Source of the DNA: Catajapyx aquilonaris
Lineage: Eukaryota
DNA: 20,000 nt
Assembly (NCBI GenBank): GCA_000934665.2
Contig: JYFJ02001496.1
Span: forward strand, 58,062-78,061
Direction of reading: 5' to 3'
Of this stretch, positions 1-10,100 are shown in pieces. A model generated the notes under the pieces. That model had not been told where the DNA came from, did not search any database, and saw only the letters and a list, made by a program, of their open reading frames with translations. The translations under genes were made by a program, and so were the position numbers. Each line of letters begins with the position of its first letter. Within the stretch, counting starts at the first letter, position 1.

Positions 1-683
1 CGTAATCGGAGGGCATGTCATAGTGGTGTAAAAGTAAGGGGTTGTTGGAGCAGTCATTGGCAATATGTGTGGGCAACAATAAACGAGTAGGCTACGAAGG
101 AATGGATGGAGCACCACCAAATCACCAGCCCAAGAGTCACTAACTAACCCAGTGGTGAAGCCTGGTTCACATGAAAGAATATTATTGTCATCCCATGTTG
201 CAAATGGTTTTTCATTTTTCTACGCGCAGCTACTGGCTGCTGCTAAGGGTAGGGAAAAAGTACTCGCTTGGGAAGCATGCAAAACTTGTTCGCTGCCCTT
301 GGACACACAAGCGGCAACTACAATTTCACATTATATTTCTGTCAGCATCATTTGTGAGAACATGCAGGAATAGTATTAGCAACTTTGGGTGAAAGTGCCC
401 ATAACTAAAAGGACCTGAATACTTGGAACGCACTGTATTGTGGTACGTATGTGAAACATATTAAAACTGCATGTGTGTCAGGGATGAACATGATGGCCAC
501 CCAAGCGATTTTGAACAAGTAACCGCAGTTTGTCCGTCCTATTGGCCGAGAGGTAGCGAATGTGTGTTCTGTTGACGGGATTATCATACATCGGCCTTCT
601 GAATATATGTTACTAGCAGCAAAGTGAAGTGCAAGTAATGAAATATTCACTATACTCTGAACAATTTCAGGAAGCCAGAAAGC

Positions 684-3391
684 ATGAATACGAAGTGGGT
701 AGGTAGATCTACTGTACCCAGGCTGTATAAGGTGGCCAGCAAAGTGCTGCAGCGAGCAAAGGAGGAAAAGGGCAGCCTGAAGACCTTCATATACGAAGCA
801 AATCACCCCGTAAGTCACATCATTAGCATGAGAGTGGATTGGATTTGTTGCTACAACTTGTTTCATGCTGAAATAATGCAGTGGACACAAACCAATTATT
901 TTGTGTGTTTGGCAGTCACAAACCTACTGTATAGAGCACAGTGTTAATGTAAATTAGTTGCCCTTGGAAGACAGCTTTTTTGTCAATTGGTTAATATGAT
1001 GTGGCAAATTCTTTTGACCATGCTCACTTCATCGTGGCAAAGTTATTCAGTAACTCAGTGTTTCTCAAACTTTTTTGATTGTGGCTCATGTATTGGGACA
1101 TCATGTGGGCTGCTCTGGCTACTAATTCCAGTCACCAAATTCTTATTTGCTAGTCAAATATATATTTTTTTAAATTAATTGTTGATCATGCTGTAGCCCA
1201 CCTTGAGGGCAGTGGGCCACAGAATGCACTGGGAGTACCATTGCATAAACAACTTCATCAGTCCCTGGTTTTAAAAAAACCTATAATCAGTTTTTTATCA
1301 GCTCATGGCCTGCAAGTGGGATATAAACTGAACTTTGAAAACAGCTGCTTTATCTCAATGTGAAACAGTGTTTTAGCATTATAGACCTGCATGATCTCAG
1401 TGACAATCTAACAAGTGCTTTAACATGGGAGGAGATAAAACAAGGCCCAAATTTAATACATTGCAGAATATAAAGGCCATTCATTCCCTTACTGTTGAAG
1501 CCCTGAAACGGTCTGCTCTGATAGATGACTTGGCTACAACTATTGGCCTCTTTGAGGCTGCTCCAAGACTCAATCCCCACCTGGCTCACATTCTCATAAC
1601 TGAGTTGCTATGGGGCAAGAAGAAACTCTCAAGAGCAAGTCAGCCTGAAAGACTTGTCACTGAGCTCATGCAGAAGCACCATTCCACAGTGGCATTCTAC
1701 CAAGAAGACAAATGTGAAGCAGGTATGCATTTATGTCCCAATTTGCTAATTCCAGAGCCACTAATCCAAAGCAATGGAGCCAAAGGCAGCAGGCAATAGA
1801 GGATGGTTTCAGCGTCCAGCCACAAACACCATAAGTGTGATGACTGGGTTCTGGGTGTGCACCATGGCCATGTTCACTCTGCCATTTGCATCTTTCTATG
1901 GCACACGTCATTGGCTGGATAGCCAAGGGTTTGAGGGTTTTCAAGTGACGGTGTGGTCAGTGGTAGCAGCAGTAGTGACTGTGCACATAGTGATTGCTGC
2001 ATATGTGTTTAAGGCATTCAGGGAGGAGCAGGCTGAAGTCAGACAGGCTGCCCTCATTAAGGATGCTATGAAACTGGAATAGAATGTGTATAACCCTCCC
2101 AATCGTTGGCCTCCGTGATTCTTGGGGGGTTTTGTGATTCCTTTTATTCAAAGGAAATTCCACAATAGAACTTAATAAAACAGGGTACCTGTGCAAATTA
2201 ATTCCTGTTTATGTAGGACCCAAGAAACCTCGCTACGTCCGGATTAACACAATCCTGTCTTCAATAAAACATGCCAAGAGGAGCTTTTCGAAGGATGGCT
2301 GGGAGCTGATCGAGTACGATTCTGAATCAGTGACCTACTCTGAGTACCTTGAGAGGATCAAAGAGCTTCAGGGGCACGAGTATATCATGGATTACCATGT
2401 GGAGGGGCTGTGTGTGTTTCCACCAGGCACAGAGTTCCATAAAGATTCCATGTACCACAGCGGGAGAATTTTTCTGCAGGACAAGGCCAGCTGCATTCCA
2501 ATGCTTCTCTTGAGAGCTGAGCCAGGATCAAGTGTCATAGATGCATGTGCCGCACCAGGAATGAAGACAACGCAGTTGGCTGCCATCATGCAAAATGAAG
2601 GGTAAGACATTTTTCTCTTTCATGAAGAGTTTCATTTTCCTATTATTGATGGTGGAAATGTAATGTTATCAAACAGACATATTCGTGCATTGGATTTGGA
2701 CTCCAGGAGATTTGAGACCCTCCAAGCCATGGTGGAAAAGGCAGGCGCCACTTGTGTTGAGAACCTCAACCTTGACTTCCTGACACTTGAACCAAGTGAA
2801 TATGCTGATGTTGATTACATACTGGTGGATCCATCATGTTCTGGCTCAGGTAAAGTGAGAATGGACCATTGTCCAGAACTCTGTCAACTCTGCACTGACA
2901 GCCTTGCAAAATTTGCATTCAGATGATGTGATAGGAGCAAAGGAACTGTCAATTCAACTCATAAACAAAAGTACCAGGTAGTGAACTGAACTCAAATTTT
3001 TTTCCTTCTCCCTTATGCAGGACAAGTGAATCGAATCAACTTGTCAGGAGGACAAGAAGAAGCTGACCCAGACCGCCTCCAACAGCTGGCATCTTTCCAA
3101 GCAATGATCTTATCTCATGCCTGCAGCTTCCCAAACGTGAAACGGATAGTGTACTCCACATGCTCATTGTACGAAAAAGAGAATGAGCAGGTTATTGAGC
3201 GTGTGCTGGAGAAGTGGTCAGGAAGTTTTAAAGTAGTGCGTGGGCTTGGTAAGAAAGTGTGGCCAAACAGAGGATCCAGGGAGTATGGATGGGCCAGACG
3301 GTGCATGTATGCTAGGCCCGAGGAGGATCTTTGTGATGGGTTCTTTGTAGCTGTCTTGGAAAGGGTTACATCACCAGACAATGACGAGTGA
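684..3391 (+). CDS. NSUN5: 28S rRNA (cytosine-C5)-methyltransferase NSUN5/Rcm1 homolog; exons 684-809, 1467-1722, 2217-2601, 2677-2849, 3021-3391 (436 aa)
   Basis: All introns are GT-AG, phases agree, and the total is 1311 nt. Motifs: PRYVRINT, LQDKASC, IDACAAPGMKT (SAM-binding motif I), LVDPSCSGSG (motif IV Cys), VYSTCS (motif VI Cys), DGFFVAVLER. The N-terminal LYKVASKVL..KGSLKT and LLWGK segments are typical of NSUN5. Confidence 0.95.
1056..1231. mobile_element. degenerate hAT/Charlie-like MITE in NSUN5 intron 1
   Basis: Starts CAGTGTTTCTCAAACTTTTTTG, a Charlie-type terminus, and ends ...AGAATGCACTG, a decayed reverse complement. No clean 8-bp TSD. Confidence 0.45.
1774..2082 (+). CDS. 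VMA21: VMA21-like V-ATPase assembly integral membrane protein (102 aa), single coding exon nested in NSUN5 intron 2
   Basis: Two hydrophobic helices with a VMA21-family pattern (AMFTLPFASFYGT ... WSVVAAVVTVHIVIAAYVFKAFREE). Good start context (GCAATGG), acceptor TCCAG at 1751-1755, AATAAA at 2174-2179. Lies wholly inside the intron 1723..2216. Confidence 0.85.
   Translation: MEPKAAGNRGWFQRPATNTISVMTGFWVCTMAMFTLPFASFYGTRHWLDSQGFEGFQVTVWSVVAAVVTVHIVIAAYVFKAFREEQAEVRQAALIKDAMKLE
2174..2179 (+). promoter_or_regulatory. intronic polyadenylation signal for the VMA21-like transcript
   Basis: AATAAA about 90 nt after the VMA21 stop and 37 nt before the start of NSUN5 exon 3. Confidence 0.55.
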
Positions 3392-3424
3392 ACTGAGGAC
3401 CAAGCATTATTGTGTTACTCGGAT

Positions 3425-3430
3425 AATAAA
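3425..3430 (+). promoter_or_regulatory. NSUN5 polyadenylation signal
   Basis: AATAAA 33 nt after the NSUN5 TGA. Confidence 0.6.
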
Positions 3431-3481
3431 CAGGTGATGAGTCACATAAAAGTCAATTTCCAGCCACCTTTCCTCATTCCC

Positions 3482-3979
3482 ATGATGAGCTATTATTACT
3501 CACCGCCAGCATGTAGTGGCAAAGCTGCTTGTTTTTCCAGTAATGGTACCAGGTTGGTACCTGTCACCAAATCATTACCTTTTTTTCCCACCCTGTCCCC
3601 CCTTCCAGCTTCCCATCGCTATGCAGCAAGCTACGCTGGGATTGGACAGCCACAAAGGAAGGCCGCCCCAAAAATGAGATGGATTGGCCTTGCTGTTTGG
3701 GGGGCAACCCACCATCCCCCAAAAATTGGTGTCAGGTTGTGTTAGGAGTCACATTGTTCCCAAACTTTTCAAAATGTTGACCTTTGGCCAATCAGGTGAA
3801 GGAAGAATTGCACCATGCGCCAATAGACCGACCCCTCTCTGGACCCAGATTTGTTTCAGGTTCACGGTACAGTGCAGCCCCTGCATTTTGTCTGGAGGTA
3901 AGTCCCGGCCACAACGGGGTTATAGGGTTATTGCAGCACTTTCCATTCATAGAGCCGTCTGGCATGGCACAGACCTTGA
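3482..3979 (+). CDS. putative small Cys/Pro/Trp-rich protein (108 aa); exons 3482-3552, 3609-3735, 3796-3897, 3953-3979
   Basis: Three GT-AG introns of 56, 60 and 55 nt (CAG|GTTGGT with a long pyrimidine tract, CAG|GTTGTG, GAG|GTAAGT) join into one open frame. No recognised homology, and the last exon is uncertain. Confidence 0.5.
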
Positions 3980-4033
3980 CACTACTTCCACCCCCAATTG
4001 ACCCGAATCGCTAACGACCCCTCGCTCTGAGGC

Positions 4034-4047
4034 GTCTCCCGGGCAAC
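4034..4047. promoter_or_regulatory. candidate RFX X-box
   Basis: GTCTCC-CG-GGCAAC resembles the X-box pattern GTNNCC-N2-RGYAAC and lies about 90 nt upstream of the predicted DCX-EMAP ATG. Confidence 0.4.
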
Positions 4048-4136
4048 TTGTGAAACATCGACACGCGTAGGTGTGTAACTAGCCCTTGCCATGTCTTGAC
4101 CGCCCTGCACGGTCTCCCTGGAATAAGTCTTAAGTC

Positions 4137-7100
4137 ATGCCCCGAATGGTCATTCAGTCCCATCGCAATGAGCCACCCGGCAAAGAAGTAAAGTCTGTCC
4201 AGGATAGTAAGGTGTCCATAACCGAGGATGTTAGGTCGTCTTTTCCGACGTGGCAACGCCGCGTCCAGTACCAGCAGGTAGGGGTCAATTATAGGGAAAA
4301 TGCGTCACGCGACAATCACTAGCAGCGCACTAGTTTAGTGGCCACCGCGAAAGGGTGGACACCATGCTCGAAGACAGCCGCAATGTGTCCTCCTCGATGG
4401 ACATCAGCCCAAGCATGGTGTCGTACAGTTCCTCCTCCTTCAGGAGCGAAGACGAGGACATGTACAGGGTCTTCGCCGACGACCCGGGGACAGGTGGACA
4501 GAGGCCAGGAGGGAGGATCAAGTCCGGACCACCGCCCAACCGAAGTTTCGCCCTGTCTGTGGCGGACGACGATACCGAGTTCAACATCGCAGAGGATGAC
4601 GACGCCATATACGTCGTGGGTCGACCCGGACGGATGGACGACCTGTACGGCGACGGACATCAGGACGGGGAAGGAGACAATAACCAGGAGGACCAGGAGG
4701 AGGTCTCCTCATCTCACCGGGTCAGCAGGTTGATGAAGGCCGCCAGGTAACTTCTTTGTCCCACTCAACAAAACACAACTGATGCGTGTGATGTCAATCT
4801 GAGTCATTGCATGCACTGTACGCGAAAGTATCGAGTTTCTTGGTAATACTGTACCAGCTCATGGAAATGGCGCAATGATATTTACCACGAGTATACCTAA
4901 ATCAAAACTGTAATTGTAAATGACACCGGTTATGACAATCAGTACCTGGTACTGTAGGCATTATGCCATTTTTTCTGTATAGGATGTGGTGTAAGTCATC
5001 CTACGAGCCATGCAACACAAGAGCCTCAATTGTTTAAAGAGCGGCCTGGTTTACAGGGGCTTCCTTTTCTACACGACCTTGACAAACATCAACCAAAATG
5101 CTCGGTAACGAAACAATGTTGTTAGTTTGTTTACGGACGATTTTGGCCTGCAATATAGTGAAAATGAGGTACGTCAAAAAAATAGCGGGTTTTTAAACTT
5201 ATTCTGCCAGTAAACAATCACGGTTGCAGGTAGTTAAATGGAACGTGATTATGCCTCACTAAACTAAAGTATCGATTCCTTAACGCGCAGTTATAGGTCG
5301 AAACGACAGCCCTTAACGACACATTTTACAACGCATGCAGTAAGAAAAACACACACTTGATCGATTCGGCTCTCCAATGACAACTTGCAATTTACTTGGT
5401 AACAAACCGGTCACAATCATTACTCACATCTTTGTCTTTGGGCATTGCAAGCTGAACCGGCTCACCTGCTGAACACTCGGTTAAATACACCCCATTTCGT
5501 GCCGCTAATATGATCCTTGAAGGGTTAATGGACAAGACGGGTTCGCATGATCCGTCCCTGATTGGCCTTTTACATGCAGTGTGAAGGCACCCGAAGTGTC
5601 CCCGATGGACGACCATTACCCCGAGTCACACGACGAGTACGAGCAAGACCAGCTCGAGCCTGAGAGGTGGTCTCGGTCAAGGCTGTCCAAGGATGACTCC
5701 ACCATCGGACTGACCAGCGAGAGGGACGTGGAGGTGGTGGAGATGAGGAACAAGTACGACGACCTCAAGGGATGGAGGGCCACGAAGGTCACCTTCTACA
5801 AGAACGGGGATCCTTTCTACCCTGGGTTCGAGCTGAGGTTCAAGCCAGGAATAGACATGCTGACCATGGAGGCACTGTACGACAAGGTCAACGCAAGACT
5901 GCAGCTGCCCCACGGGGTCAGGTACATATTTGACCTGGACGGATTCCGGATGCAGAAGCTGACTGATCTCAAGGACCACGGAAAATACGTGTGCTCATCA
6001 TACAAGAGGTTCAAGGTACGTTCATATGGGTTGTACCCAGTCTTTGAAGGAATAACCGGTGTCCGTTTCAGACCCTTCCGTACGGCGGCATCAAGACCAA
6101 ATCGTGGCATCCGGCCGGTAGCAAGCTCGCCCAGGAAAATGGTCCCAACTCCCCCAACAATAAGCCAGGCTCCAAGGAAGGCCGTGTCATCCGCATCATC
6201 AACAAAGAGGACACAACCATACAGGTGAGCAACACTTTAGATTACAAATGAAACCTGCTAAAACAGCGCACTGGTTTCAGAGCCGAGTTTTGCTCAACCT
6301 CAAGACCTCCCAGCCGTTCGAGGACGTCCTGGAAGACCTGGGGCAAGTTCTGGGTCAGCAGAGCACGTGGAAAATGACCACCATCACAGGACATGAGGTA
6401 ACGGTGCGGTGAAAATAAAGCCAAAGGTGGTATATCAAAATTGATTTTTACTCTGGTCAGGTGCGCAGCTTTTCCCAGCTGAGGAACGAATTTTCGGACA
6501 TCACCACTTTCTACCTGTCTTCCATCAAGCAGTACTTCGATCCCCATGGAGTGAAACGGCACAATAGCGAGCCGGAAATGAGGAGAAGGAGAGGTGCTTC
6601 TATAGTCCTCCCCCCCCCCCAACTGGAACAATTATAGACACTTTCTATCGAGCCTGTCGGAGCGTGTAACAAATCGTCGTTTCCCTTTTCGCAGACGCCG
6701 CTCGATGGGGAACTAAGAGTAAGGGCAAACCTGCAGTTCTTCCCTACCCGAATAAGCCAAAGCCGGTCACTGTCTTGGTTCAGGGGCTCAAGAGGTCGCT
6801 GTACCCTCCTACCAGGGTGCCTGAATCGGATCCGAGGAGGCCAAGTAGGCAGCTCAACTTGGATTGGGTGTATCCTTTTGATAAGGAGTCATTGTCATGT
6901 CGACCTATGGATATATATGCAATTCTTTAACTGAGGTGCAGGTACGGCTATAACAGCGGTGATGTCCAGCAAAACCTGTGGTCGCTGCCCTCCGGCCACC
7001 TTCTGTACTCGGTCGCGTCGGTGGCCGTCATTTACGACAAGAAGAATGTTCAGCAGAAGCATTACACCGAGCACACCGAAGACATCAAATGGTAATTGCT

Positions 7101-10100
7101 GCCATACCTTCGATCGCAATCATGTCGCAATAAACTAACGTTTTCGTGTCTACAGCATGGCGATGCATCCGAATGGAAAGTTGGTCGCATCCGGACAGGG
7201 ACCCGGGGTTGAAAAATACGGCTACATTCGGGTATGGCGCTGGTCCACCTTGGAAACAACGCACGTGGTCGGGCTGTACGACAGTCTCAACACGCTTCAG
7301 TGCATCGCATTTTCCGAGAAGGTAATTAACAAGAGACATGCAATCAGCAGGGTTGCTAACAATACCACATTTTTACACTAGGACTTTGGAGAGCACCTGC
7401 TGGCCGTGGATGCCGGAATGGAACATGTGCTGACCATATGGCAATGGCAAGACGATCTGGCTACCGGAAAAATCGCTGTAGGCGCTGTAGTTGTTAATTG
7501 TTAAATTAATTATTATTAATGCAATATTTGCACAGATGCAGCAAGATTTACTGGTTGGAGCAGTCTTCCACCCCTTGGACACCAACCTGGTCATAACGTA
7601 CGGCAAGAATCTTCTGGGCCTTTGGAACAGGCGGCGGGACGGCCTGTACGAAAAGCACGACATTGCGGCCGCCGTAAGTCCTGAACGAAACAGCATCGGT
7701 CAATATACGGCATGAATGTTTGATGACGGTTGCAATTTGTCGCCCTTCATTTAGAGGAACGGTCGATGGGTGACGGCGGTGGAATTCCTGGATAATGGGG
7801 ACCTCATCGCGGGAGACACGGAGGGATTTATATCCATTTACACGGTCACGAGCGACGGGAGTTACTACGTCAGGAAGCAGTTCCAGGCCCATCAGGAGAG
7901 CGTAAGCAACCTGAAATTGCTTCCGGAGGGAACCCTGCTGTCGACTGGGGAAGCTGACAGGCGATTAGTGGCATGGGACACCGCGACGGGGTGCAGGAAG
8001 GTCGTGGAGGCGCAGGTCAGTTTTGCAAGGTCAAAGGTCAATGGCGACATTTTGACACACTGTTGGTGTTGACAGCTGCCGGAGAATGCTGGGGAGATAC
8101 GGGAGGTGTGCTTCAAGCATCCTGGGCAGAACGACGGGATCATATACGTGGGGACGAGCAAGAACCTTATATTGGAAGGGACGTTGCAACGTCGTTTTTC
8201 TGTGGTAGGGTTGCTAGGGGAGTGAGTTGAAGGCTCTAAAGATCGATTAGCACACACGGTCTTTTTCCAGGTCGTTTTCGGACACAGCAAGCAGCTTTGG
8301 TCGTTGGCCATCCATCCGGACGAGGCGGCCTTCGTCACTGCCGGACACGACTGCATCGTGGCCAAATGGGCCAAGAGGCAGTTGCAGTGGAAATTGCAGG
8401 TCGGGAGACTGTACTTACTGTACTATACAATCGGATTAACTTAGGACAATTACCACATGAGATGTCGCGCACTTTCAGGTACAAAGCGAATGCATTTCTG
8501 CGGCCTACAATCCTCTGGGGACGGCGGTGGTCGTGGGGACAGTCGATGGGCACTTCGTAGTGCTCAATGAGGAAAGTGGGGACCATGTGACCACCCTTCG
8601 AGTCACCAAAAACAGCGCGATACAGAGCATGGCCTACAGCCCAGGTATAGTCTAAAATATTTATTTATCATCCGCTGATCCGCACTTGCACTTTCTTCCA
8701 TGCTTATACATTGTGGTGATTTGTAAAGTGCGATCTAGCTTCAAGTGTCTTTCGGATTTGCTGGTGTATATGCCACTTGACTTATCAGTGACGATTACCG
8801 CTATCCATTATCAAGAAGCTCTCACAAGTTGTCATATTTTCAGATAAGGTTTAGTTGTCGCGGTTCATTTTATAAATTTATTTAACTAGCTCATCAGTAC
8901 AGAGAATATGACATTCACTATCGGGGCTCCAGGAGCAATACCCGGAATTTTTTTTATGAGGACAAACCTACGCAAACCTACTGTATGTCACCATTATTGC
9001 ATTGATCGGTTGTGTTGTCCTGTACCTAATGTCGAGTGATGCAGGTCCATGTCAAATTCAAGGTTAACAACAATATTCTAAACAACGAACGACAAGGACC
9101 TACCTGGATTTACAATATCGATCCCACAACCGGACCAAAGGTGGTCACCATAGCAATGACACTAAACAATGCTAATTTGGTCCGGTCCGGTCCGCTCTTT
9201 AAAAAAATAAAAAATAAATAAATGTTGAGTCGATTCCAAACTGGTTTGTATAGTTCCAAACTTTTTAAAACGAAATGAGTTCGAAAAAGTTGTCGATTTT
9301 GTCTTCCAAAAAACCGACCCACGGTACGCTAAAGTACAATACACGGACTTTCGACTTCGCATCGGTGAGAACGAAATTGGTCTGCTCTTTTGAGTATCTG
9401 CAGTTGTACTGTATTAAATAACGAATGGACAAAAGGCCGCCAGTTGATTTGATTGATTTGATTGATTTCAGACGGTGACCAGATGGCCCTTGGAGGCGAG
9501 AACGGCAACATCTACCTGTACCACGTAACGTTCAGCGGTTTCTCTTACACCCTGATGGGTCGGGTGAACGGAGTGGCGGCCCATCCGATATGCCAGATGG
9601 ACTGGAGCACTGAGGGGCTGTACCTGCAGACTGTGACCAACGACTACCTGCTCACCTACTGTAAGTCGAGGTCCTCGGTGCTGGAGTCGCAGTCGGTCCA
9701 CCACCTGCTGGAGGTCCACTGCCCCGAGGAAGTCGATCCTTGGGGCAGGGGCATCAGACACGGCCGTCATCCGGCTCCTCTTCCTTGTTGGCTGGCTACG
9801 GCCCCGGGTGGCGCTGCCTCGGGTGCTTCCCATTCACGTTGTCGTACCGCGGAGGTCGCGACTGTGTCGTCCGTTCGGAACGAGTTGTTCTCTGGGAATG
9901 ACAATGTCAACAACTCTTTGTTGAGAGCTTGGAATTCGTTTTGGCAACACAAGCAGATGCTGCCAAACTGTGCGTCATATCCGAAAATAAGCTAATAACT
10001 AATATTGAACTGCTGCTGTCCTGTTTGGTGTAGGACGAGGCAGTATGACACACTATTTGACTAAACTAAATAGAGTAATGAGAGGCTACAGAGATCTTGA

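Noticed and set aside
1..219. Minus-strand open frame running off the window start
   Set aside because: No recognisable motif and no clear start or splice structure. It may belong to a divergent gene outside the window but cannot be supported.
405..890. 161-aa minus-strand ORF
   Set aside because: Antisense to NSUN5 exon 1 and its leader, with no recognisable protein features.
2918..2990. Possible C/D box snoRNA in NSUN5 intron 4 (ATGATGT ... CTGA)
   Set aside because: Box C is imperfect, there is no terminal stem independent of the boxes, and I recognised no rRNA guide.
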